From sequence record PP430345: a stretch of 64,000 bases of DNA. One strand, 5' to 3'. This DNA is from Escherichia phage vB_EcoM-LTH01. Within the stretch, counting starts at the first letter, position 1; each line of letters starts with the position of its first letter. The position numbers and the translations under genes were made by a program. Shown in pieces: positions 38,871 to 46,586 of this stretch. Below the pieces are notes generated by a model. It searched no databases, had not been told where the DNA came from, and saw nothing but the letters and a program-made list of their open reading frames with translations.

Positions 38871-40358
38871 TTATCGTCTATACCTGGAATACATCGTAGG
38901 GGCGTGAGGTCGTGGTATTGGAACAGCACGGACAATTTCTGTTTTCTCCAGATAGTTAATACCCGAAGAGATGGCATCCACCCAGTCGTCCTTACGTGAT
39001 CCAGTTGACCTCTCGCCGTCGAAAGATTCAAGTTCCTTCAATAAAGCTTCTAATGTGTCCACAGGGAAAGATTTCTCAACAATCCGTACAAATCCGTTCT
39101 GTGCTAAGTTAGCGAACGGAGAGAAGCGTACAAGCTTCTTTTTGTTACCTGGTGTTGGGTCTTTCTCAACCATGAACCCTTGATTCAATAACTCACGAGA
39201 AGATGTAGTAAATTCGGATAGACCTGCTTGACCAGGGTCAACAGGGAAGATGATCCTAACGTCATCTCCGTCATGTATTGCCTGTTTAAGAATAATCTTG
39301 TCACGCTCACCTGCTTTTTTGCAGAAGCGTCCGGCTTGTCCAGTGGACCAATCGCCAGTATCAACGAATTCATCACAATAATCACCGAACAGGTAGTAGA
39401 ACCCATCCTGATCTCGCGCTACACCTATACCTGCCGTGAAGTCAGGTGTTTTGTTACCTGTGGAACGCTCTGTACCTGCTTTATCGTAAGATCTAACCTT
39501 GTCGCAATTAAGCGGGAGATGATCTACATTTTTGAGGAAAGAACGTTTAAAATAGTTTGCACCCTGCGGACGAGCATCCCAGTTACCATGAAGAAGTCGT
39601 GCACGGTCAACCTCGTTAAGACCTTCCAACTGAGCAAGGTATTCGGGGTTGTTGATAAGCATTGGCGGGTTGTCATAAATAGTGGAAGATATGAATGTGA
39701 ACGATACGGGCTTACATTTCTTACCATAACGTTTCTTCAACTCCTCTACTGAGTCTCCCCACATGTATTGGTCATCCACACGGACGAAATAACGAATAAC
39801 TCCGTCTTTTTCAGGATTAGGATAGCCATCCTTATCGAGATACCAGTCAACCATCTTACGAAGGTAATGATCAGGATCAGGGTTGCAACTTATTACCATA
39901 CGGGAAGGGTATTTTGAGTTTGAACGCAAACGGGACATCATATATTCCAACTGTTCCCATTCGAACTGTGTTCCTTCGTCAACTCCGATAAAGGTAAACT
40001 CCAATCCCTGAATATCGAATTTATCGCTTACGTGTTGCATAGACTGCCATTTAACGGTAGCCCCGTTAGGAAATGTTGCAGTCATTTCATTTTCTTTAAA
40101 CTTAGGCTTAACTACCGGAGGTAGTTGGTTGTAAATATCCTTAGCTTTGTCGAACAAACCACCTTGTCCACGAATCTGAGGGACGGTACGACGGAACATG
40201 ATACATGCTGTTCTGGGGTCGTTTACAATCAACAAAGGCATCAACTGGAGCAGGTAGGACTTACCTGATCCTGCTGCACCACCTATAACCATTATTTGTG
40301 CGTCAGATTCGAGAACCATTTGTTGCTTTCGACTCGCTGGTGCGAATGTAGCAGACAT
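38871..40358 (-). CDS. terminase large subunit
   Basis: Walker A GGAAGSGKS near N-terminus, Walker B-like FIGVDEGTQF, C-terminal nuclease-sized domain; first gene of head module. Confidence 0.85.
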   Translation of the reverse strand: MSATFAPASRKQQMVLESDAQIMVIGGAAGSGKSYLLQLMPLLIVNDPRTACIMFRRTVPQIRGQGGLFDKAKDIYNQLPPVVKPKFKENEMTATFPNGATVKWQSMQHVSDKFDIQGLEFTFIGVDEGTQFEWEQLEYMMSRLRSNSKYPSRMVISCNPDPDHYLRKMVDWYLDKDGYPNPEKDGVIRYFVRVDDQYMWGDSVEELKKRYGKKCKPVSFTFISSTIYDNPPMLINNPEYLAQLEGLNEVDRARLLHGNWDARPQGANYFKRSFLKNVDHLPLNCDKVRSYDKAGTERSTGNKTPDFTAGIGVARDQDGFYYLFGDYCDEFVDTGDWSTGQAGRFCKKAGERDKIILKQAIHDGDDVRIIFPVDPGQAGLSEFTTSSRELLNQGFMVEKDPTPGNKKKLVRFSPFANLAQNGFVRIVEKSFPVDTLEALLKELESFDGERSTGSRKDDWVDAISSGINYLEKTEIVRAVPIPRPHAPTMYSRYRR

Positions 40359-40458
40359 AATTCTCCTTTAGTTCTTGACTTGAACTGATAAAAGGTATAT
40401 TACCATAAAAAGGATAAAAAATAAAGGCCAATGCATAAAAGCACTGACCTTGTCAACA

Positions 40459-40758
40459 TTATTTGCAGAACTCTGGTGGATTTTCTTTAAAAATATTACA
40501 AACGTAGGTCTGTAATCCTTCAGCACGTCTTTCTATTCTTGCAGCACGAAGATTGTTATGACTAAGAACGTCAGCAACAGTTGTCTTTGCAGAGCGTTTT
40601 TCCATAACCAGCTTAGGACCTTCTTTCTTCATAAGTTCAAGATCCGGCTTTTCGATCAGCTTTTCTATCTTAACTTCTTCAGTAGGACCACAAATTTCTT
40701 TACTCTGACAACCAACAAGACCAAAACAAAGGATAATTCCGGCGATAATCTTCTTCAT
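40459..40758 (-). CDS. outer-membrane lipoprotein, o-spanin-like
   Basis: MKKIIAGIILCFGLVGC has signal peptide plus lipobox; several Cys; start overlaps stop of upstream TM/coiled-coil gene. Confidence 0.45.
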   Translation of the reverse strand: MKKIIAGIILCFGLVGCQSKEICGPTEEVKIEKLIEKPDLELMKKEGPKLVMEKRSAKTTVADVLSHNNLRAARIERRAEGLQTYVCNIFKENPPEFCK

Positions 40759-41117
40759 TATTCCCCCAGTGATTTGTTATAGATATCAACTATCTCATCA
40801 TCCATAAATATTTCTTGTCCCTTTTTAGATTTTGCATAGTCGATTCTCATTGCCTCTACTTCATCACGTAATTTTTCCTCAGCGATGATCCGTTTTGCAT
40901 TTGCATAAGAAAGTTCTTCATTCAATCTCTTATTCTCTTCCAATGTAGAGTCAAGCTTTCCTTTGTACTCAGTAGCTTTCTTTATCCAAGCCGTGTTTGC
41001 AGCATCGTAGCCTTTGTCATATCCCACAGACTCAACGTGTCCGAGATACAGTTTTCCAGAAGTAAATAACGCAACGCCGATCATTGCGTAAATGAAATAT
41101 TTTTTAGCGGGTAACAT
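40758..41117 (-). CDS. inner-membrane coiled-coil protein, i-spanin-like (start at internal ATG 41117)
   Basis: AAGGAGGA RBS 7 nt before ATG (MLPAKKYFIY...); N-terminal TM then coiled-coil; upstream ATG 41174 would fall inside a terminator. Confidence 0.45.
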   Translation of the reverse strand: MLPAKKYFIYAMIGVALFTSGKLYLGHVESVGYDKGYDAANTAWIKKATEYKGKLDSTLEENKRLNEELSYANAKRIIAEEKLRDEVEAMRIDYAKSKKGQEIFMDDEIVDIYNKSLGE

Positions 41118-41154
41118 ATAAATCCTCCTTTTGGATATTTTATCACCGAAATCA

Positions 41155-41186
41155 CAAATAAAAAAGCCTCCCAAATGAGGGAGGCT
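41155..41186 (-). terminator. intrinsic terminator ending the tRNA operon
   Basis: Hairpin GCCTCCC-TCATTT-GGGAGGC followed on minus strand by TTTTTTATTTG. Confidence 0.6.
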
Positions 41187-41234
41187 GAGGCGAAGGAGAG
41201 GAGATTATATTATTGTTATTATATGAGGGTAAAT

Positions 41235-41309
41235 TGGCTGGGGATACTGGACTCGAACCAGTGAATGTTGGAATCAAAATCCAATGCCTTACCGCTTGGC
41301 TAATCCCCA
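41235..41309 (-). tRNA. tRNA-Gln (anticodon TTG)
   Basis: Manual cloverleaf: 7-bp acceptor, anticodon arm TTGGA-TTTTGAT-TCCAA, T-arm ACTGG-TTCGAGT-CCAGT, encoded CCA; close to E. coli tRNA-Gln. Confidence 0.8.
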
Positions 41310-41317
41310 TTTTTGTT

Positions 41318-41393
41318 TGGAGCGGATAACGAGACTCGAACTCGTGACATTCTGATTGGAAATCAGAAGCTCTACCAACTGAGCTATACCCGC
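41318..41393 (-). tRNA. tRNA-Gly (anticodon TCC)
   Basis: D-arm GCTCAGTTGGTAGAGC, anticodon arm TCTGA-TTTCCAA-TCAGA, T-arm ACGAG-TTCGAGT-CTCGT, CCA encoded. Confidence 0.8.
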
Positions 41394-41398
41394 ATATT

Positions 41399-41475
41399 TG
41401 GTCGGTGTACGAGGATTTGAACCTCGAACCTAATGCTCCCAAAGCATTCGCGCTACCAAGTTGCGCTATACACCG
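41399..41475 (-). tRNA. tRNA-Pro (anticodon TGG)
   Basis: Anticodon arm AATGC-TTTGGGA-GCATT, T-arm CGAGG-TTCAAAT-CCTCG, CCA encoded. Confidence 0.8.
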
Positions 41476-41479
41476 TATT

Positions 41480-41560
41480 TGGCGTGAAGGTGAAGAGTCG
41501 AACTCCTTACGACTGGTTTTGGAGGCCAGCTTGCCACCGTGACAATTATGTTACCCGCAC
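41480..41560 (-). tRNA. tRNA-Trp-like (anticodon CCA), atypical 5' half
   Basis: Anticodon loop CTCCAAA and T-arm GGAGTTCGA resemble tRNA-Trp, but acceptor pairing needs a mismatch and the D-arm region is ~5 nt too long. Confidence 0.4.
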
Positions 41561-41569
41561 ATTAATTTG

Positions 41570-41642
41570 GTTTCCGTACTGGATTCGAACCAGTATCACA
41601 ACGAGACGTTGCGGGAATCTTATCCTATAAGCCTAACGGAAA
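41570..41642 (-). tRNA. tRNA-like element, possibly non-functional
   Basis: Perfect acceptor (TTTCCGT/ACGGAAA), U8-A9 and T-arm ACTGG-TTCGAAT-CCAGT, but anticodon-position hairpin has a 3-nt TCT loop on a 7-bp stem. Confidence 0.3.
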
Positions 41643-41645
41643 ATT

Positions 41646-41732
41646 TGGTGCATTGTGATGGAGTCGAACCACCCGAGTTCTATGAACAGCAGATTTACAG
41701 TCTGCCCCGCTACCCCTACGGTCTAACAATGC
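41646..41732 (-). tRNA. tRNA-Tyr (anticodon GTA), long variable arm
   Basis: Anticodon arm GCAGA-CTGTAAA-TCTGC identical to E. coli tRNA-Tyr; variable arm GTTC-ATA-GAAC; perfect 7-bp acceptor; CCA encoded. Confidence 0.8.
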
Positions 41733-42040
41733 CTTATCCTACGGTCACACAAGTCTGACCATCTATCTCTGAGCAAGGGATTTCAAAATGTCTCCCGTCC
41801 CCAAATACATCTCGCCACATAGTCTATTCGGAAGCGGGAGTCTATGCACACCCCTTGCGGTAAGTGACCTCACTTTGAGATCAGCATCTTCCTTATTCGA
41901 CGAGTTAAATTCTCTTTAAGGTAGCCAGTGTTCGCAGCACTAACTATGAGGTATCCGTAAGATGATTTCAGTCATCTACCGAAAAATTACACCAAGCAAC
42001 TACCTTAAAGAGAACTTCTTAGTAAAGGCCCTTGCGAGCC

Positions 42041-42415
42041 TTAATCTTCACCTTCTGCCATTTTATACTCACGAATCTGAGTAGTTAATGGAATAGCATC
42101 TTTAAATGCATCAGAAGGGCCTTGATGAGTTTCTGAATTTGCAGAAGTAGTTCCTCCTGCCAGATCCTCTTCATTATCTTCCATTGTGTACAGATTGTTT
42201 GCCTTTTCAGCTTGCTCAAGAATATACTTCGCAGTAGTTTCTTTAACTTTCTCTGTACCGGAAGTCAGTAGACCTTCCAGAGTTTTAATTGCTTGAGGAG
42301 TAAGTCTTGCAAACTCGGAACGAGCATGAAGAATTGCTCTCTCAGTATTGATTGCAATGCTTTCCTCTGTAGTAGGCCGACCGCGTTTTCGAGTAACGAT
42401 TTCAGCTTTAGCCAT
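42041..42415 (-). CDS. hypothetical early protein (basic N-terminus RKRGRPTTEE, acidic C-terminus)
   Basis: ORF track 42041-42421; ATG 42415 preferred (GAGG + 5-nt spacer); promoter-like hexamers just upstream. Confidence 0.45.
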   Translation of the reverse strand: MAKAEIVTRKRGRPTTEESIAINTERAILHARSEFARLTPQAIKTLEGLLTSGTEKVKETTAKYILEQAEKANNLYTMEDNEEDLAGGTTSANSETHQGPSDAFKDAIPLTTQIREYKMAEGED

Positions 42416-42442
42416 AAACACCTCAATTCAGTCGATATAACT

Positions 42443-42471
42443 ATATTAGCAGTATAATAGGATTATGTCAA
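42443..42471 (-). promoter_or_regulatory. putative sigma70-like promoter (TTGACA-17-TAATAT)
   Basis: Consensus -35 and 4/6 -10 read on minus strand upstream of the 42415 start. Confidence 0.4.
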
Positions 42472-42607
42472 GAACTTATTGAAATGTATTAAGAAATGAA
42501 ATGGGGGTGCGCCGTTTCTGCTGTAATCTACGTCGTTATCGTTGAGGGAACTCGTAGTCAGGGAACATCAGTCCGACGACTTATCGGGAGCGACCCGACT
42601 TCTTATG

Positions 42608-42682
42608 TGGTGGCCCTGGGTGGAATCGAACCACCGTCTGGCGATTATGAGTCGCTTGCTTGAACCGTCCAGCTACAGGGCC
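42608..42682 (-). tRNA. tRNA-Met (anticodon CAT; initiator vs elongator vs tRNA-Ile2 not resolved)
   Basis: Perfect acceptor GGCCCTG/CAGGGCC, anticodon loop CTCATAA, T-arm GGTGG-TTCGATT-CCACC, discriminator A, CCA encoded. Confidence 0.75.
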
Positions 42683-42701
42683 TGTATTTAAAAGAACTTA
42701 G

Positions 42702-42780
42702 CGCGGGAGGAAGGACTCGAACCTTCATACTCCAATTACTCGATTAACGACGGTTTAGAAGACCGTTGAGATACACCCGC
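42702..42780 (-). tRNA. tRNA-Arg(TCT)-like element with non-canonical architecture
   Basis: T-arm GAAGG-TTCGAGT-CCTTC and perfect hairpin ACGGT-CTTCTAA-ACCGT, but the hairpin sits at the D-arm position; no canonical cloverleaf found. Confidence 0.3.
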
Positions 42781-43093
42781 GCTAAATTCTCTTGTGGGTG
42801 GTGACAGGTTTTGGATATTTAACGACAGGATAACCTTAAACCTCGTCATCATGACAAGGGGTACACCGTAAAAGATTGTCGTGGTATTAAAACTATAATG
42901 ATCCGTGGATCACTAATCAGACGATCTTCGACGGCTCCCCGATATACACAGGGATGGACTGGGCATCCCATTTAGTCGCAGTCAACCAAAAGCGTAAATC
43001 GCGGCGGTGGTATATTGGTTCCAACATATATTTATCCACCCAGCCTTCAAGATGACTAATCTCTCAGGCAACAAAATAATCTTACATATTTAA

Positions 43094-43276
43094 TCAGCTA
43101 TTGTCAACAGGTTTTTTACCATTAATGCAGAGATTACACATCACTGATCTCTTTGGTCCTAAAAACCTGTAACCGCAAACAAAACACTGACAAGTGTAGC
43201 CTTTTTGTTTTTCATGGTTGCGAGGATCATCGAAACTTAGAGATTCAAAGGTCTGGTCTTTCATCATACATCCCAA
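43094..43276 (-). CDS. small zinc-ribbon-like protein (CQCFVCG ... CNLC)
   Basis: ORF track; two Cys pairs. Confidence 0.4.
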   Translation of the reverse strand: MGCMMKDQTFESLSFDDPRNHEKQKGYTCQCFVCGYRFLGPKRSVMCNLCINGKKPVDNS

Positions 43277-43371
43277 TTCTCCTCGTTAATAATTCCTTCT
43301 CCGAATCCTACGAAACCATCAAATTCGTCTTTCATTAACCTTCTCCGTATCCAATCATGTATCTTCTCCTA

Positions 43372-43590
43372 TTACAGTTTAACAACACTAACGCTAAAGC
43401 CAGGTATGGTTTTACACTCAGCTTCCATAGATTCAAGAGTCCCTTCAACAAGTTCTTTTTCTACAGCTTCGAAAATCTCTTCGATGCTCAAGCCGGACTT
43501 TTCCATCTTAGCTTTTAACATCTCTTCCATATCTTCGTTAGTGTAGTCAATTTCATAAGTAACCTTGAGTTCTACAACCTGTTTAGTCAT
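43372..43590 (-). CDS. small acidic protein (paralog A)
   Basis: 72 aa, E/D-rich; shares pattern with adjacent 74-aa ORF. Confidence 0.45.
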   Translation of the reverse strand: MTKQVVELKVTYEIDYTNEDMEEMLKAKMEKSGLSIEEIFEAVEKELVEGTLESMEAECKTIPGFSVSVVKL

Positions 43591-43807
43591 TGGCGATCTC
43601 CGAAACGGTAACTTCAGTAGTTAACCCAGGGAATTCTGAATCATCATTAGGGAACTGTTCTACAAACCCCTCAAGAAATTGCTGCGGGAATGTCTTGTAG
43701 AGTTCTTCAACTGTAATACCTTGACGCTCAGAAGCTTCTTTCATTTCTTTGCTAAGAGCTTCATTAGTCTTATCTACGGTAAAGTTCAATGTAATGCTAA
43801 ATTTCAT
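43583..43807 (-). CDS. small acidic protein (paralog B)
   Basis: 74 aa, E/D-rich; overlaps neighbour by 8 nt. Confidence 0.45.
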   Translation of the reverse strand: MKFSITLNFTVDKTNEALSKEMKEASERQGITVEELYKTFPQQFLEGFVEQFPNDDSEFPGLTTEVTVSEIAND

Positions 43808-44052
43808 TTTGCCTCCATAAAAGTCATCTTGTAACGAGAAGTTAAGTCACCCTCGTTGGGGTAGAAGAAGTATATTCGATTTCCTTTCCCAAAGTCAATC
43901 TTTTTCCAACACTCCAGAGAAAACCCTGTAGTCTCAAAAGCAATGTCGTTACCCTCATCGAAAGCTTCATCATAGCTGTTAAAGGTATCGATATACTCTT
44001 CCGTTACGTATCCAGCAGCACCGTATTCCAGTGCAAGTTTAAAGTTTTTCAT
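43804..44052 (-). CDS. small acidic protein
   Basis: 82 aa, acidic/aromatic; translationally coupled. Confidence 0.45.
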   Translation of the reverse strand: MKNFKLALEYGAAGYVTEEYIDTFNSYDEAFDEGNDIAFETTGFSLECWKKIDFGKGNRIYFFYPNEGDLTSRYKMTFMEAK

Positions 44053-44110
44053 ATTAGTTAACCAGTCAAATAAAAGTATACCTCCATTTTACTGGCATAA
44101 CCAATGATAG

Positions 44111-44356
44111 TCAATGTAACTCAAGCGATTGAAGAAGTCCAGAAATTTCTTCTTCAAGTTTAGACTCTATTTGAATCTCCTTACATGGAATCATAAACTC
44201 TGGAACCATATCGGCATAAACTCTCTCAGAAACGATTTGAGCGTTCATTGCACTCCAGTCAAGAAAAGACATGACTTCATCTGTTTCTTTCATGAGAGAG
44301 CTTCCTATTGCGTTTAAACGGCATTCTGAAACCTGATTCACGATTACCTCCATCAA
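44111..44356 (-). CDS. hypothetical protein
   Basis: ORF track; overlaps upstream stop. Confidence 0.4.
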   Translation of the reverse strand: MMEVIVNQVSECRLNAIGSSLMKETDEVMSFLDWSAMNAQIVSERVYADMVPEFMIPCKEIQIESKLEEEISGLLQSLELH

Positions 44357-44739
44357 TATCCGTACTTCTCTTTAAGTATTGGGTCGTTAACCACAATGTA
44401 ATGACGTGGTTTCGACTTCCCGTTGATTATCACCTTATCTCTGTAAATCCTGATGTAACCGCCAGTCTCCATCTTCTTAAGGAATGCACTTACCTTGGCT
44501 TGACTGGTCGGTGACATTTGAAACAACTCACACAATGCCACCTGTGATTCATAGAAACACGTTTCCACTGATTCGCCCTGTCGAGAAGCAAACTCCGCAA
44601 AGAATGAAAATCTCCACCTCAAAAGTATCATCCTCTTTAAATCCTCGCCGGACATTTCAGTAACCCAACGAAGAGGAAGCATGGCGAACGCATCGTCTTC
44701 AAAAGTCTTCTTCCCAACAGAGGTGTTTATCTCAAACAT
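44353..44739 (-). CDS. putative winged-helix DNA-binding protein (first gene of leftward early operon)
   Basis: C-terminal SQAKVSAFLKKMETGGYIRIYRDKV resembles a wHTH recognition helix plus wing; AAGAGGAGG RBS; adjacent to repeat-rich control region. Confidence 0.4.
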   Translation of the reverse strand: MFEINTSVGKKTFEDDAFAMLPLRWVTEMSGEDLKRMILLRWRFSFFAEFASRQGESVETCFYESQVALCELFQMSPTSQAKVSAFLKKMETGGYIRIYRDKVIINGKSKPRHYIVVNDPILKEKYGY

Positions 44740-44767
44740 AGACCCTCCTCTTAATCTTACCTTCGCT

Positions 44768-44795
44768 ATCTTACATGACTATCCCAACATGTCAA
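44768..44795 (-). promoter_or_regulatory. putative leftward early promoter (TTGACA-16-TAAGAT)
   Basis: Read on minus strand upstream of the 44739 start. Confidence 0.35.
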
Positions 44796-44879
44796 ACCCT
44801 TTATGCCCGTTTAGGCATACAATACTATATTAGATTTCCCTGGCTCGAAGCCTCTCGCCAAACCCTTTATCATTATAAT

Positions 44880-44929
44880 TTATTCATTTCATTCATAAAT
44901 TATATAATAATTATTCATTTCATTCATAA
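44880..44929. repeat. two copies of 19-bp direct repeat TTATTCATTTCATTCATAA separated by 12 bp
   Basis: Exact copies at 44880-44898 and 44911-44929 in AT-rich intergenic DNA. Confidence 0.7.
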
Positions 44930-44953
44930 TTATTATTAAAAACAATAAAAACA

Positions 44954-45022
44954 AGATCTTTTATAAGATCTTTTTATATATATGATCTATAGATCTACAG
45001 ATCTTAAAGGATCTTTTATAGA
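44954..45022. repeat. GATC-dense repeat block (6 GATC in 60 bp; AGATCTTTTATA-like unit x3)
   Basis: AGATCT at 44954, 44966, 44991, 44999; GATC also at 44984 and 45010. Confidence 0.7.
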
Positions 45023-45052
45023 TTTTATACTAAATTTTTTAAATTTAAAGTC

Positions 45053-45081
45053 TTGACATGGAGTTTTTACATAGGTATAGT
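45053..45081 (+). promoter_or_regulatory. putative rightward early promoter (TTGACA-17-TATAGT)
   Basis: Hexamers read upstream of the 45117 gene. Confidence 0.45.
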
Positions 45082-45116
45082 GACTCTACTTTAACAAACA
45101 ACAGGTTATCTTTATA

Positions 45117-45398
45117 ATGATTTTGAATAATAAATGTAAAAAGTTATCAGAGAATGAATTAAGTCATCTTCAAGCTATGAGAGAAGCTTGGCATTCAGCA
45201 AAAGCTGGACTGAAAGTATGTGTTGTGACTGTTTACGAATGTGACTGGTACACCATTTTGGGGAACTATTACGGAGTAATGAATCAGTATGTGGAAAAAG
45301 GCTTGATTTATCATCGTGTGGAAGATAGTATGAATCCTGACTTACAGCTTGTGGCTGAAGATTTGGATAATGTACTAATAACTTTGGAGATGATCTAA
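45117..45398 (+). CDS. hypothetical early protein
   Basis: ORF track; first gene after divergent promoter. Confidence 0.45.
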   Translation: MILNNKCKKLSENELSHLQAMREAWHSAKAGLKVCVVTVYECDWYTILGNYYGVMNQYVEKGLIYHRVEDSMNPDLQLVAEDLDNVLITLEMI

Positions 45399-45537
45399 TG
45401 AAAGAGTGTAACGATATTGTTGCGTTTGGATTGAACATCGTGGAGTTTGGAACAGTGTGGTTTCTGATGCTAATAGCATTTGGTGTCAGTTTGGTTAAGT
45501 ATCTTAACAAAGGTATTGGAGAGAGGAAAAGTAAATC

Positions 45538-45837
45538 ATGAAATTGATCTTTAGTGATGAATTAAGCGAGCAGTTGGAAAACATCTTTCGTGCACAGGAA
45601 AAGCCTCGGTTCTACTTGTGGTGTACAGAACTGAATGACCAGTTTAAATACCTCGAAGAAATCCTCGAAGGGAGGGGTGTAGAACTCACTGTGGCGAAAG
45701 TAAGACAGAACTGTGACAACTTATGCCTCTCTGTGATTGGTGACGCTGACGAGGTTGCTTGGATGGATATGGCCCTATTGGTCTATTCACATAATCATCG
45801 TTATAAGCACCTTCTTGTTTTGGAGCATATGGAATGA
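45538..45837 (+). CDS. hypothetical protein
   Basis: ORF track; GAGAGGAAA RBS. Confidence 0.45.
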   Translation: MKLIFSDELSEQLENIFRAQEKPRFYLWCTELNDQFKYLEEILEGRGVELTVAKVRQNCDNLCLSVIGDADEVAWMDMALLVYSHNHRYKHLLVLEHME

Positions 45838-46172
45838 AAAAGTCTATTGTGGCGTACAAGTTGTTTAGAGTCAGGAAAGACGGTACAATAGGCCCCCTAT
45901 TTATCAATAGATCTTTAGTCGTAGAAAAGAATAAGTGGATGGAAGCTGAAAATCATCCTACTCGGGGATTTTCTGTACGACCAGGTTGGCATTGTACACT
46001 TAAACCTGAAGCTCCTCATCTGAAGATAAACCTTAAATCGGGAGAGATCCGTAAATGGTTCAAGGTTGAAGTTCAAGGCACTGTTAATTTTCAAAGACCT
46101 GAATCTCAAGGCGGCACTTGGATATTGGCAGAAAGATTACGCGTTCTGGAGGAGGTATCTGGCAGTGTGTGA
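45834..46172 (+). CDS. hypothetical protein
   Basis: ORF track; ATGA overlap. Confidence 0.45.
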   Translation: MKKSIVAYKLFRVRKDGTIGPLFINRSLVVEKNKWMEAENHPTRGFSVRPGWHCTLKPEAPHLKINLKSGEIRKWFKVEVQGTVNFQRPESQGGTWILAERLRVLEEVSGSV

Positions 46173-46404
46173 ATGTGATAATTGTAAGCTTGGGAAAAGG
46201 ATCGGGGATGTTCGAGAATACCTGAAAGATCGCCCTGATCTTGTTGACACTCTTGATGAACTGTATAGTGAATACATTCATGTAAGTACGGATCTTGAGT
46301 GGCTTGAGAACGTTGTAAATAAAAGGTGGCCTAATTACCAGGGGTGTATGAAGGCTTATGGTTGGGTAGAGGACAAAAAGGAGACTAATGATGAAAGTTG
46401 TTGA
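46165..46404 (+). CDS. hypothetical Cys-containing protein (GTG start)
   Basis: ORF-track frame 46066-46404 overlaps previous gene by 107 nt; GTG 46165 after GGAGG (46150-54) gives an 8-nt overlap. Confidence 0.35.
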   Translation: MCECDNCKLGKRIGDVREYLKDRPDLVDTLDELYSEYIHVSTDLEWLENVVNKRWPNYQGCMKAYGWVEDKKETNDESC

Positions 46405-46582
46405 TATAGAGATCAGTGAGAACATTGCTGGTGGGTATTCTCTTCTGGTATGTAATCGTGAAGGTGGTGAGATTGTTCACGGCTATAAGGTTGGTGGGAT
46501 GGACACTGTAGAGTCATTCACTGTTCCTTTGGACGTATTACTGGAAGCAATCAAGAATAACACCTACGATACTGAAGAGTGA
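46388..46582 (+). CDS. hypothetical protein
   Basis: ORF track; AGGAG RBS. Confidence 0.4.
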   Translation: MMKVVDIEISENIAGGYSLLVCNREGGEIVHGYKVGGMDTVESFTVPLDVLLEAIKNNTYDTEE

Positions 46583-46586
46583 TGCT

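Noticed and set aside
41152-41758. ORFs 41152-41442(-), 41433-41630(+), 41567-41758(+)
   Set aside because: They overlap tRNA genes; translations such as GYSSVGRASDFQSECHEFESRYPL are tRNA sequence read as protein.
44880-45022. Possible CRISPR array
   Set aside because: Only two copies of the 19-bp repeat, unequal spacing, AT-rich, no cas genes; fits a regulatory or origin region better.
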